Below are positions 1 through 10,035 of a stretch of 64,000 bases of DNA, piece after piece; within the stretch, counting starts at the first letter, position 1; each line of letters starts with the position of its first letter. The notes under the pieces were generated by a model. It ran no database searches and was not told the DNA's origin. It saw only the letters and a list, made by a program, of their open reading frames with translations. The translations under genes were made by a program, and so were the position numbers. The DNA is from an uncultured Lentisphaerales bacterium (lineage in GTDB: Bacteria; Verrucomicrobiota; Lentisphaeria; JABSQK01; UBA12247), in assembly GCA_943788985.1 (NCBI GenBank), contig CALSSJ010000007.1, forward strand, positions 10,268 through 74,267, in the 5' to 3' direction.

Positions 1-606
1 ATTCTATCATCGGGCCTCATACTCACAGCTGGGGCCTAAACTGCAGAGCTATTTCCGAGACGGCGAATTGCAATCATCATGCTTGGCCGGGAGTATGGCC
101 AGTCGCATTGGAATGAAACCACCTTGAGCTCCCGTAGGCAAGGCATTGGGGACCAAGCAGAGGCCGTCGCTGTGGAATCAGTGCCTGCTTCGCTCGAAGA
201 GCACTACTTATGTCTTTCGGATGACCACATCCTGGCGGTCGCCAATCAGCCCCACGTCATTGTCTTCTGCCTGCCCTTGCCCGAGGCCCCTCGAGAACTG
301 GCATACCTGACCGAAGGTGTTGGGCCAGATGGTGGCCTCAAGCTCATTCTCCCGCTTTCGCCGGTCCTCAGTCTCGGCAACCTGTTGGCAGTCGGATAGA
401 TCGACAGCGCTCTGTGTCACAAGCCGGGCTTCCAGTATCAGCTCAATGCCTTGATTCCTGCTGGCCATGCCACAGACTTTACCGAGGCGTTTCTCATTGT
501 GCACCCAGACAATGTCAGGGACATCGCGACTGAGCGGCCATCTCTGCTCTCGCCCCTCACAATCGACCAGACCTTCCTCGAGCAACTGAGAGCGGAGTCA
601 GAATAG
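1..606 (+). pseudogene. Possible degraded gene of unknown function (3' part only)
   Basis: ORF 79..399 ends in TAG, but the same frame stays open and protein-like (IDSALCHKPGF...EQLRAESE*) to 606. There is another in-frame TAA at 37-39. No recognisable family. Confidence 0.25.
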
Positions 607-903
607 TCCAATTGCGGCCAGCTGGTGTTTCCTCTATGTTCTCTCAAGGCAGTTCACCGCCCCCACCATGGATCGGCTCGAGCTGGCCCAGAAACCCTGT
701 GACGCGATCCCACTGTCAGCCTAAATCAAGGGCGAGAGCCGCCACGCGCCTTAGCACCGTCTGACTCCAAAGATCGTTCACAGACGCCCTAGCCGAGCCT
801 ATCCGCCTGCCCGAGTTACTTGGTTAGCCGCTCAGCTACTCGGTGGGCCAGTTTTAACCGGCCCCACGGCAGGCGCCACGCGGGGCGGGAGCGCGCCTAA
901 TGG

Positions 904-1024
904 GCAGGACTCGGTGACTTGATGACTTGGTGACGCTCGATAACATCATGACTGGGCTGACGCCGTGGCTACGACTGCTGGTCGGGAGTCATGGCGTTCC
1001 CAAACCAACAGGTCCCATTCGATC
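904..1024. repeat. Solo, diverged copy of the ~177-bp palindromic repeat found in tandem at 63476-64000
   Basis: GCAGGACTCGGTGACTTGATGACTTGGTGACGCTCGATAACATCATGACTGGGCTGACGCCGTG...GACTGCTGGTCGGGAGTCATGGCGT aligns with the tandem unit, with a ~26-bp deletion between two GTCGGG direct repeats. Confidence 0.9.
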
Positions 1025-1044
1025 ACGCCGCAAGGCGTCAGTGC

Positions 1045-1971
1045 TCAACTGAGCTGCGCTAAGTCCTCGTCGCTAAGCCGCAAGTCGGCCGCGGCCAGAT
1101 TCTCATCGAGCTGCTCGACTGTGCTCGCGGAGTACAATGGGATCACTGGCGCTGGGCGCTGTTGCAGCCAAGCGAGTACGACCTGACCCGGTGTCACCCC
1201 GTGTGCTTTTGCGATCTTCGCAAGCACCGTCAGGCGCCCTTGGTTCTCCGGGGTCTTGTACGGCTTCGGAATCGCTCGGTCGGGGCGCTGATAGGCCCCT
1301 TTCAATAAGGGCGAGTAGGCGACGCGGGTCACGCCGATTGCGGACTCCGCATCATCATGTTCCTCGTTGGCTGGTGGCCAGGGGTGGTAGCTGCGACCGC
1401 GGACTGGGCGCAGATACGTGTACTTGCTCTGGTGCGCGCAGAGTGCCTCTCCGGCACGGTCAGCCACCAACGCCAGGCGCCACGCCGCGAAGTTACTGAT
1501 ACCAAGGTGCAGAATCTTCCCCTCGCTGCGCAGCTGCTGCAAGGCGCCGAGCCACTCCGCGATCGGCACCTCGCGGTCATCTAGATGCGCGTAATACAAA
1601 TCTATGTGCGAAGTTCGTAATCGTTTAAGGCTCGCTTCGCACTGCGCGCGAATCCACTCGGGGCGCAGCCCTTGGGGAATCCCCGGCGTGTCAGCGGAAG
1701 GTTTACAGCCAAAGCCAACCTTGGTGGCCAGCACCACGTTGTCCCGCTCTTGGTTCTCGGCAAGCCAGCTTCCGACCCTGCCCTCGCTATCGCCTGCACG
1801 CCCATCTTGGACCCACCCCGCATAGACATTAGCCGTGTCTAGGAAGGTGCCCCCAGCATCGCGAAAACGCGTCAGCAACGCGGCAGCGTGCGGCGCAGTT
1901 CCGAAATACATGGTGCCGAGACAGTGCGCGCTGACCTTTGGACCGGTGATCCCTAATTGAAGTGATTGCAT
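1045..1971 (-). CDS. Aldo/keto reductase
   Basis: Motifs CLGTMYFG, FLDTANVY, VVLATKVG, SLKRLRTSHIDLYYAH, LGISNF, AYSPL. Start placed at ATG 1971 (MQSLQLG). Confidence 0.92.
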   Translation of the reverse strand: MQSLQLGITGPKVSAHCLGTMYFGTAPHAAALLTRFRDAGGTFLDTANVYAGWVQDGRAGDSEGRVGSWLAENQERDNVVLATKVGFGCKPSADTPGIPQGLRPEWIRAQCEASLKRLRTSHIDLYYAHLDDREVPIAEWLGALQQLRSEGKILHLGISNFAAWRLALVADRAGEALCAHQSKYTYLRPVRGRSYHPWPPANEEHDDAESAIGVTRVAYSPLLKGAYQRPDRAIPKPYKTPENQGRLTVLAKIAKAHGVTPGQVVLAWLQQRPAPVIPLYSASTVEQLDENLAAADLRLSDEDLAQLS

Positions 1972-2064
1972 CACGATCGCGACAAACTCCGGCATTTGTA
2001 CTTGATATCTTGTTCCCGTAACAAACATTAGCCGCTTTCGTAACACACTGCGCATTGTAGGCCT

Positions 2065-2940
2065 ATGAAACCTTTCCTCTTCTGTTTTTTCTTGATCTCC
2101 TTGCTGGGATCAGTAGCCGTGGCGAGTACGCCAACCTTGACCGCAGCCGACATCGATGCGGAGATTTCTGCCGCTGAGCGCCAAGTCGAGCAACTGCGCG
2201 CGCAATTCACCAACGCTCTGAACCAGGAAGGCGCAACGATCGAGAAACTGCTCGAGCCGGGAGCGGATGGCAAAGCCATCGCTGCCGAGTTGGACCAAAT
2301 TCGGGCGCGAGCAGACAAACTGCAGGAAGGCTTACGTCTGGCAGAGAAGAATGTCGCCGAAGTGAAGAAGGGGCGCAAGAAGCGAATTGCCTCGGCCTTG
2401 GAGCTCGAACGACGCAAGGCAGATGCCAAAGCCCGCGCGGAAACTGAGCGGCTCGAGCAGGTTCAAGCACAGCGCAAACGTGAGGAAGCAATCGCCAAGT
2501 CTCGGCGCATGAAGCAGGAAGAAGCGGTGCGCGCAAACACCAAACGCCACAACACCAAGATCTCAGACAAGGCACTTCGCGAGGCCGCGATCAAGAAACG
2601 GGTCCATGAGCTTCAGCAGGCTGCTCAAGCCAAGGCGGAGAAAGCCGCAGCCAAGCGCCGCGGCAAGGCCAAAAAGGAAGTGGCTAAGGTGGGTAAGGTT
2701 CGTAAGAAAGTCGACGCACAGCGCGATGCCCGTGAGGCAGAGCGCGCGGCCAAGCGTAAGCAAAAGGAAGATGTAAAAACAGCCAATGAAATGCGCAAGG
2801 ATGCGGAGGCACAGATGAGTCGTCAGAACTCATCCGCCGCGAAGGTTGCGGCTCAGAAGCTTCGGGAAGCAGAAGCCAGCATGAAAGCTGGCGAGCAAAA
2901 GGCCCCGGAGAAAAAGAAGAGTTTCTGGAAACTCTGGTAG
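2065..2940 (+). CDS. Secreted Lys/Ala/Glu-rich coiled-coil protein
   Basis: Signal peptide MKPFLFCFFLISLLGSVAVA, then a long charged helical region ending KKKSFWKLW. Confidence 0.75.
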   Translation: MKPFLFCFFLISLLGSVAVASTPTLTAADIDAEISAAERQVEQLRAQFTNALNQEGATIEKLLEPGADGKAIAAELDQIRARADKLQEGLRLAEKNVAEVKKGRKKRIASALELERRKADAKARAETERLEQVQAQRKREEAIAKSRRMKQEEAVRANTKRHNTKISDKALREAAIKKRVHELQQAAQAKAEKAAAKRRGKAKKEVAKVGKVRKKVDAQRDAREAERAAKRKQKEDVKTANEMRKDAEAQMSRQNSSAAKVAAQKLREAEASMKAGEQKAPEKKKSFWKLW

Positions 2941-2956
2941 CCCTGCGGGCATGTTC

Positions 2957-3576
2957 TCAGTGGTCTAAGCGCTTCGAACGTTGTCTGGCCTTCGCCAGAT
3001 CAGGACGCTTTCTGAAAAGCAAGTCCCGCCTCAGCAGATACTGAGTGGAACAGTAGCCCTCGAGCAGAATCATGCGGAGTCGTGATGCCCCTTCGTAGGC
3101 GCTCTCCCCGGCGGAAGTCGTCGCCCGAAGATCATCGTGCTGAGCTTTCGGCATCACCCGCGGCAGATGAATCGGCTCAGACACAATCACCGCGGTTTCG
3201 AACCGGTGCAATGCCATCGCTCAGAGTCGAGCTCGACGTATAGATTCTCCGCGGGCACGCCGTGATTGTGCAACCACCGAGCTGCGGTCTCGGCACAGGT
3301 GTACGGCTCATCCGGCGTGTGGTCCCCTGTCGTAATCATGGCTTTGACTAGCCCTTGATCGTAGAGGCTTTTCGCGTACTTGACCCGACGCTCGAAATCC
3401 GGCGTGAGCTTCCCCTTTCGGGTTGCCGCTCCCAAGACGATGACGCAGTCGCTGACGACAGGAGGAGCCGGCACGTAAAAGTGCCTGCGGAGACACCAGT
3501 AGGCCGATGTTGCGATCAGCATGCTCGCCGAGACTAGGATCAACCAGCCATGGCAAAATACCCGCTTGCATCGCAT
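2957..3576 (-). pseudogene. YdcF/DUF218 (ElyC/SanA-like) protein, split by frameshift/deletion near 3215-3225
   Basis: N-part has a TM helix, DCVIVLGA, RVKYAKSLY, MITTG and EAETA-like motif. The C-part in another frame has AVIVSEPIHLPR. The usual S-x-x-T-x-E-N segment is missing at the junction. Confidence 0.7.
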
Positions 3577-3581
3577 GCGCC

Positions 3582-5219
3582 CTACTCAGTGGGTGTTTGA
3601 AGAATCAGCTCGTGCTGCTCCACGTACTCAGCCAGCGGTTGCCCGGTAAAGTCCACGTGCCCATCCAGAAAAAGTACATTTACCCCTGCTCCGTGGCTGC
3701 CCGGGACATCGTGGGCGATGATCACCTTTCCTGGAAACTCCACGTCCATTTCCACGCCAACTCCCGCATAAACGTACCCCTGCTTACTTCTCGGGCAGGT
3801 CACCGCTCCGCCATCCAAGTAGGGCTTTAAGCTGCTGAGGTCCCTGGGCAGCGTGGAATTGTTATCCAACGCAAACATCTGTACAGCCACGCCAAGTTGC
3901 TTTAGGTGTCCCTGGCAGACGGCTCGGCTCGAACTCTTGTCCGCTTGGCCTATCGCTGGCACAACGGTCGCTGCTACGATGCCAAACGGCACCATGGCGA
4001 GCCGCCCAACCGCAGCGGCGGCCAAATTCTGGTCGGCGATGACCGTACTCACGTAGAGGTCATCACGCACCTCGTTGATCCCGTACATCTGCGGAAAGGT
4101 TCCCCACGTAGCCATACTCTTCCCGACCATTCCCATGCCGCGCTTGCCCGCCTGTGATGCATAGACGGAAAAGATAATCTTCTTGTACTCCTTCCCAAAT
4201 CGCTCGCTGAGAAATGAGAGCCCGACAGCAGGTGTCGGCGGTAGATGCGCTGCCAGCATCTGGAATTCCGGTGCCTCCTTCAGCCCTGGCTTGTCGCCTC
4301 GCTTCACGGCCAGAGCATTGGTCAGCAATGGTTCGTTTGAGGCAACGAACAGCAGACCGTTTCCGTAGGCAAAGGTAGGCTTCAGAGCAATGGGCAACGG
4401 CATTGGAAAGTTCACTGACCGTATCTCAAAGCCATCGACCGCTGACTTCTCGACCTTTGGCGCGTCCTTCAGGACTGTTTCCAGGTACTCAAAGATCGTG
4501 CCGTCCTCCACACTCAGCACGAGCATGAACTCGATAGCGGGAATCTCCATTTTTGGGGCGCCACGACCTGCCTTCCATTCGGTTACTTTCGATGCATCAA
4601 TCGTCAGGCATATGCCCTGGTTAAGGTTTGCGGAGCGAACCATCGCCTCCACGTCGACCCCCTTCACTTTGAGATCCTTCATCGCCGTCTCGAAGCTCTC
4701 ATTCTGCTCGGCAAGCAGCGGATTTTCCAGGATCTCAATCACCCAATCCCAGACCTTTCCGAGATCTGCGGTGCCAAAGGAAGCGACGACAGCATCCTGT
4801 GGCACATAATCCAGCAAGTCCTGCGCCCTAGCATCCGGCGCCAGGCTCCACAGCCGCGAGGGCTCCGCATCCAAGTTGCGGGCGATGACATATCGGTGGC
4901 GAAAGAGCTCATCGACCTTCACGACACTTCCGCCAAACGCACCAAGATCGCGCAAGCCCATGTCCCCCACCACGTCCAGAGCCAGCTTGATGCCCCCCTC
5001 CACATCCTCGCGCATGTCCTCTTGCTGCACAGTCATAGCCAATCCGAGGGAACTGACCGCCTCGGAGAAGGCCTCGTACCATTTTTCGGCGCTCATATAC
5101 AGATAGAACTCACCACCTGGATCGAGCTCGTTGGTCACGCGTTGATACGGGGTTTCTGCCGTGCAGACCGAAGCAGCTACGATGAAACAGAGAAGAGAGA
5201 GATGGGCTAGGTGTCGCAT
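3582..5219 (-). CDS. Exported protein with C-terminal prepilin-like/H-X9-DG-CTERM domain
   Basis: Signal peptide from ATG 5219. C-terminal ...VVPAIGQA...CQGHLKQLGVAVQMFALDN...HGAGVNVLFLDGHV is the PVC H-X9-DG pattern. Confidence 0.8.
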   Translation of the reverse strand: MRHLAHLSLLCFIVAASVCTAETPYQRVTNELDPGGEFYLYMSAEKWYEAFSEAVSSLGLAMTVQQEDMREDVEGGIKLALDVVGDMGLRDLGAFGGSVVKVDELFRHRYVIARNLDAEPSRLWSLAPDARAQDLLDYVPQDAVVASFGTADLGKVWDWVIEILENPLLAEQNESFETAMKDLKVKGVDVEAMVRSANLNQGICLTIDASKVTEWKAGRGAPKMEIPAIEFMLVLSVEDGTIFEYLETVLKDAPKVEKSAVDGFEIRSVNFPMPLPIALKPTFAYGNGLLFVASNEPLLTNALAVKRGDKPGLKEAPEFQMLAAHLPPTPAVGLSFLSERFGKEYKKIIFSVYASQAGKRGMGMVGKSMATWGTFPQMYGINEVRDDLYVSTVIADQNLAAAAVGRLAMVPFGIVAATVVPAIGQADKSSSRAVCQGHLKQLGVAVQMFALDNNSTLPRDLSSLKPYLDGGAVTCPRSKQGYVYAGVGVEMDVEFPGKVIIAHDVPGSHGAGVNVLFLDGHVDFTGQPLAEYVEQHELILQTPTE

Positions 5220-5317
5220 GACGCGCTCCGCAAGGCAGCGGTTGTCTGGCCAATGTGGTCGATGTTCTACCAAAACGCTAGCTCCCGCCGTCAAATCCGC
5301 CCTGCTGATACAGGCTG

Positions 5318-6007
5318 CTACAGAGCGCTCCAACGCAGCGCCTTGACTGGCACGTGAAACCAGTGGTTGTCCGTGGGCAGGGCCACGCGAATCACACGCC
5401 CTGCCTCTGGGTCGGCAGCAGTCCACGCACCGTCCCCCAGATAAATCATGACGTGTACGCCATCTTGGGTGATAGCGAGGTCACCAGGTAGTAACTCAGC
5501 GCTCTCCTGCAGGGCAGCGACATTCTCTGCAGACGCCAGCGCGACCGTCAGCCCTCGATAGCCGTCCCGCAAGGCACGAGCAGTACAGTCATTCCACCAG
5601 AGTGATGCAGCGCTCCGGAGGCAGGTACCATTCACCGTCTGCATCCCGGTGAGAAACTGCCCGACAATGAACCCCTGCCGAGCCAGGCCAGAGCAATCGA
5701 TGCCCAGCATATTTTCGCCGCCCCAGACGTAGCGGGCATGGCCGTGCAACTGCAGGGCGCTCAGATAATTGCGCCGCAAGGCCTCCTGATTCACGGTCCG
5801 CCCAGGCAAAGCCAGCAGCAGCAGACACACTGCGCCTAGACCAAGCAGGCCGAGCCTGAGCCGGCGCCGTTCCCAGCCAAGGTGCAGGAGAATCAAAAAG
5901 ACCAGCACAGCGCCGGATAGAGTCAGCATTCGCGTAATTCCAGTCTGGACCGGAAACAACAGCAGCAGCACCCACAGCAGCACAGTCCAAGTCGCAAACT
6001 TCTTCAC
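5318..6007 (-). CDS. Membrane-anchored NlpC/P60 family cysteine peptidase
   Basis: Three N-terminal hydrophobic helices, YVWGGE...GIDCSGL, PGDL, HVMIYLGDG. Confidence 0.85.
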   Translation of the reverse strand: MKKFATWTVLLWVLLLLFPVQTGITRMLTLSGAVLVFLILLHLGWERRRLRLGLLGLGAVCLLLLALPGRTVNQEALRRNYLSALQLHGHARYVWGGENMLGIDCSGLARQGFIVGQFLTGMQTVNGTCLRSAASLWWNDCTARALRDGYRGLTVALASAENVAALQESAELLPGDLAITQDGVHVMIYLGDGAWTAADPEAGRVIRVALPTDNHWFHVPVKALRWSAL

Positions 6008-6780
6008 TCCGCGGCCTTCAGCCGAGCCGTCACTGGTTCGTGCTGGTTGGCGACATGGACCGTGAGATGCGCCGGAAGGAGCTCCTTGGCCATAGCCTCG
6101 ACCAACGCAGGATCGTTACATTCATCACTAAGATGGGTGAAAATCACATGCTGCGTCTTGGCCGTTGCCGACTCCGCAACACAGGTCAGCGATGTCTGAT
6201 TGTCGAGATGCCCGCGCTTGCTGCGGATTCGGTGAATCACCCGCGGTGGCCGCTTGCAGCGCTGCAGCAGATCGGGGTCGTAGTTCGACTCAAGTAGAAT
6301 CACGTCAGCGCCACTGAGCTTGCGCGGCACCAGCTTCCCCAGATAGCCAAGGTCGGTGGCAAGCGCGACGGTAGCCCCATTACAGCCCAGGCGATAACCG
6401 ACAGGATCTACCGCATCGTGACATACCGAGAAAGGGTCCACACGGAATGCTCCGATGGTGAACTCGACCCCATTCGGGAAAATGTGAACCTCGTTCGGTG
6501 CTTTCTTCAGAACGTGCAGCCTCTCAGCCGTGAGCGCGTTCATATACGCAGGCAACTCGTGTCGATCCGCGAAGACCCGCAAACCACGCACGTGGTCCTC
6601 GTGCTCGTGCGTAATGAGGATGCCAGTAATACCGGCTACCGCCAGATCTGCAGCTGTCAGGCGCCGCTCTGTCTCTTTGGCCGAGAAGCCGATGTCGACC
6701 AACAGCAACTGATCATCACAACGCAGCACGACAAGGTTTCCGGCGCTACCGCTACCGAGGACATGGACTTCGGTCTTCAT
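6004..6780 (-). CDS. MBL-fold metallo-hydrolase (YycJ/WalJ-like)
   Basis: LGSGSAGN, THEHEDH, HDAVDPVG, ATDLG, LESNYD, GHLDN, HLS motifs. Confidence 0.9.
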   Translation of the reverse strand: MKTEVHVLGSGSAGNLVVLRCDDQLLLVDIGFSAKETERRLTAADLAVAGITGILITHEHEDHVRGLRVFADRHELPAYMNALTAERLHVLKKAPNEVHIFPNGVEFTIGAFRVDPFSVCHDAVDPVGYRLGCNGATVALATDLGYLGKLVPRKLSGADVILLESNYDPDLLQRCKRPPRVIHRIRSKRGHLDNQTSLTCVAESATAKTQHVIFTHLSDECNDPALVEAMAKELLPAHLTVHVANQHEPVTARLKAAE

Positions 6781-9020
6781 AAGCGCTGGAGGCGATCAGC
6801 GAGCAGGCTGAAACGCGGGGTCACGCGGGCATTGTCAACAGCTTGTGCCAGCGCCTTTGGCGAGCCGATCAGGATCAGCAGACGTCTGGCTCGAGTCATG
6901 GCGGTGTACAGCAGCTTACGCCGTAACATCACATAGTGCGCCATCAAAATTGGCACGACCACCGCCGGAAACTCGCTACCCTGTGACTTGTGAATCGTGG
7001 TGGCATAGGCCAGTTGCAGTTGGTCAGCCTCCTCCCAGGCGTAGGTCGCCGCGTGACCTTCGTAGGAAACCGTCAGCTGCTTGAGTTCCGGGCGAACTTC
7101 GATGATGTGGCCGATGTCTCCGTTGAAGACGTGTAAATCATAATTGTTCGAACGCTGCATCACCTTATCTCCAAGTCGGAAGCGCGTTTCGCCGAAGGGC
7201 ACAAAAATCTGCCCCTCTCGGTGCGGATTCAGTAACCCCTGCAAGTGCTGGTTGATCCGGCTGACGCCGACGTCTCCGCGGTTCATCGGACTCAGAACCT
7301 GAATGTCACGCTCGGCGACCATGCCGAAGCGCTGCGGAATCCGATCGCGCACCATGGTCCCGATCAAGGAAACCACTTGCTGCGGGTCTTCCTGTTCGAC
7401 CCAATAGTAGTCGAGCAATTCCGGTCCCTCGACCGGGCGCGTGTAGGGAAGCTTCCCCTCATTGACGCGATGTGCGTTGCGCACGATCAGGCTTCCAGCC
7501 CCTTGCCGATAGACGCGCTTGAGCTCGGTTACGGCAAAGCGATCACAGCGGATCAGGTCGCGCAGCACGGAGCCGGGGCCAACCGATGGCAGCTGGTCGC
7601 GATCGCCGACCAGCACGACGTGAATCCCGGGGCTTATGGCTGCGAACAGCGCCACCGCTAACGGCAGGTCCAGCATCGAGACCTCGTCCACGATCAGCAA
7701 ATCTGCGGGAAGGGGATTCTCGGCATTGTGCGAAAAGCCCATGATCTCGGGATCCCAGCGCAACAGGCGGTGGATGGTCTGCGCGTCCTTGCCGCTCGAC
7801 TCTGCGAGGCGCTTGGCCGCGCGGCCGGTCGGTGCGCACAGACTGATGCGTAGCGACAGCTCTCTCGCCGCCTGTACGATGGTGCGAGTCACGGTGGTCT
7901 TGCCCACGCCTGGGCCACCCGTGATGATGGACAGGGAGTGAGAAAATGCTGCAGAGACCGCATCCTGTTGCTCCTCGTTCAGCCGCTGCCAGCTCTGTGA
8001 CTCTACCCGGGGCGCTCCCCCCACGCCCTCAAGCTGCGGCCCAGGTAGAAAGCACCCCAGCATTCGTACCAGCGCCTGTTCCGCCTCATGGAGCCGGGCT
8101 GGAAAAACCAGTGGCTCGTCGCCGCCATCATCACTGACCACTGCAGCACCGTCCGCGACAGCTCGTTCAATCCCAAGCTGGACCTTGTCCTCACCGACCT
8201 CCAGCATGGCCGCGGCTCGCTCCTCAAGCAGGCTTATGGGCACGCACGTGTGCCCCTGCTGTTGTGCGAACTCCGCAAGAACGTGCGCGACACCAGCACC
8301 CAGCCGAAACGGATTGTCCGCCTCGATATCCAAGTGGCGCGCGACCACATCCGCCATACGAAACCCAATACCGCGGACATCCGCAGCCAGCCGATACGGA
8401 TTCTCAGCGATGCGCGTGGGCGCCGCCTCGCCGTAGACCTTAATCACCCGATTTGCGTAAGCCTTGGACAGCCCGATCCCTTGGAGGTGGGAGAGCAACT
8501 CACGTTGGCCGCTCTGCGCATGCCACGCTTCCCGGATCTTGTGAATCTTGTTCTTCCCCAGACCGGGTACCTCCGAGAGGCGCCCGGAAAACTGATCGAG
8601 TACACGGAAGGTATCGGTCCCGAACTGGGCGACGATTCTCTCGGCCATCTTCGGGCCCACTCCAGGCAGGACACCGCCAGCCAAGTAGCGCTGCATTCCC
8701 TCGGTGGTCTGCGGTAGCACCACACGCAAGTCCGCCACGCGCAGTTGCTCGCCATAGGCGCGGTGTCTCTCTCGTTTCCCCCGTGCTGCCACGTGCTGCC
8801 CAACCTGCAAGTCGGCGACCGCACCAATCAACACATGTTCGGTGTCGTCCGAATCGACCACGCGCACGACCGCGTACTCGCCATCTTCGCTCGCATAGAC
8901 CAGCGCGACCACTTCCCCGCGTACGCCGTGCTCCAGGGGAGATTCTGCGGCTTGGCTAAGCGGCAGCTCGCCCTGCTCATCCGGGCTCACGGAGTCCCCG
9001 GCCGCAGTTCCTGCCGCCAA
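6777..9020 (-). CDS. recD2: ATP-dependent RecD2-like DNA helicase
   Basis: HhH repeats (GVGPKMAERIV, GIGFRMAD), Walker A TGGPGVGKTT, DEVSM, GDRDQLPSVG, TIHKSQGSEF, YTAMTRAR. Confidence 0.95.
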   Translation of the reverse strand: MAAGTAAGDSVSPDEQGELPLSQAAESPLEHGVRGEVVALVYASEDGEYAVVRVVDSDDTEHVLIGAVADLQVGQHVAARGKRERHRAYGEQLRVADLRVVLPQTTEGMQRYLAGGVLPGVGPKMAERIVAQFGTDTFRVLDQFSGRLSEVPGLGKNKIHKIREAWHAQSGQRELLSHLQGIGLSKAYANRVIKVYGEAAPTRIAENPYRLAADVRGIGFRMADVVARHLDIEADNPFRLGAGVAHVLAEFAQQQGHTCVPISLLEERAAAMLEVGEDKVQLGIERAVADGAAVVSDDGGDEPLVFPARLHEAEQALVRMLGCFLPGPQLEGVGGAPRVESQSWQRLNEEQQDAVSAAFSHSLSIITGGPGVGKTTVTRTIVQAARELSLRISLCAPTGRAAKRLAESSGKDAQTIHRLLRWDPEIMGFSHNAENPLPADLLIVDEVSMLDLPLAVALFAAISPGIHVVLVGDRDQLPSVGPGSVLRDLIRCDRFAVTELKRVYRQGAGSLIVRNAHRVNEGKLPYTRPVEGPELLDYYWVEQEDPQQVVSLIGTMVRDRIPQRFGMVAERDIQVLSPMNRGDVGVSRINQHLQGLLNPHREGQIFVPFGETRFRLGDKVMQRSNNYDLHVFNGDIGHIIEVRPELKQLTVSYEGHAATYAWEEADQLQLAYATTIHKSQGSEFPAVVVPILMAHYVMLRRKLLYTAMTRARRLLILIGSPKALAQAVDNARVTPRFSLLADRLQRL

Positions 9021-9352
9021 TAGGCATCAGTCAGGAAGGCGGCAAATCTCTCCGCGGGGTAGATCGTTTCGCCCAGCGTAAAGTCCAAAACCACCGGTGG
9101 CATGGCCTCGGCATCATAGCGCACTTCCAAGCGCTCCCAACGATATTTAAGGCCACCAGAGACCCTTACGTAGATTTCGGTCTCCTCACTCACTCTCTCC
9201 CAAGACACGTTGTCCAGCAAGTCGCCGTAGGCTGCCTCTAGGGTCATGCCCTCCTGGAAGCTGTGCGCCTGGATCTCCTCAACCGGCTTCCGGCAGCCAA
9301 GCAGGCACAGGCCGAGAGCTACGACTATCCAGATGCCGCGGGAATCTCTCAT
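8987..9352 (-). CDS. Putative lipoprotein, unknown function
   Basis: Lipobox-like LCLLGC after a hydrophobic stretch; overlaps both neighbours in the operon. Confidence 0.7.
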   Translation of the reverse strand: MRDSRGIWIVVALGLCLLGCRKPVEEIQAHSFQEGMTLEAAYGDLLDNVSWERVSEETEIYVRVSGGLKYRWERLEVRYDAEAMPPVVLDFTLGETIYPAERFAAFLTDAYWRQELRPGTP

Positions 9353-10035
9353 TGGGCACCCTCCGCAAGCTGTTTTGCCACGCGCTCGCGCAGTGCCGTG
9401 ATCAACTCGGTACGGTAGGGCAGCTCCTTGAGCTTGGCATTGACCGCTTTTAAGTCGGTTTCGGCGGTCTCAATACCCCGCAGGACCGCCACGCTCATGT
9501 CTCCTGCGTTGAGTCTTGTCCGCAGCTTAGCAAGCTTTCCAGCCACCGTATTCGCCTGCAATGACAGTGCTTCTCGGAGTCGTTCTGTCTTCTGAAGCTG
9601 GGTCAACTCCTGGCTCGCCAGCGCCAGAACCGGCTGGCTCGGTAACGCACCTTTCAACGCAGCGGCTTCCTGGCTGCGTTCCTGAAGGTTCCGCTTGCTG
9701 AGCTCTCCAACTACCCCATCTACGAGCCATTGCAGCAGTGTGGTGGTCGTGGAGGAGGTGGCGGCGAACCCGAAGGCATCCACGCTGTGGTCTACCGCCC
9801 CCGAAATCTCTTTCCAAGAGCCATCCTTGAGACGACGTGCCAGTGACCTGAACGGAATAGCCTTCTCCTTCGGAGCCTTGCTCGCAAAGTACTGACAGAG
9901 CGTAGCACAGCCGTCCACATCGCCGGTACTCTTGGCGTAGTCGACCAGCAGTTGAAGCCGGCTGACCAGCGAACGGTCCGCCGCGGTTCCCGCCAGCGCT
10001 GCGAAAAGTACGAGTAAACAGCAATAGCGCCTCAT
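9349..10035 (-). CDS. Exported helical hypothetical protein
   Basis: Signal peptide MRRYCCLLVLFAALAGTAA; ATGA overlaps with both neighbours. Confidence 0.7.
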   Translation of the reverse strand: MRRYCCLLVLFAALAGTAADRSLVSRLQLLVDYAKSTGDVDGCATLCQYFASKAPKEKAIPFRSLARRLKDGSWKEISGAVDHSVDAFGFAATSSTTTTLLQWLVDGVVGELSKRNLQERSQEAAALKGALPSQPVLALASQELTQLQKTERLREALSLQANTVAGKLAKLRTRLNAGDMSVAVLRGIETAETDLKAVNAKLKELPYRTELITALRERVAKQLAEGAQ

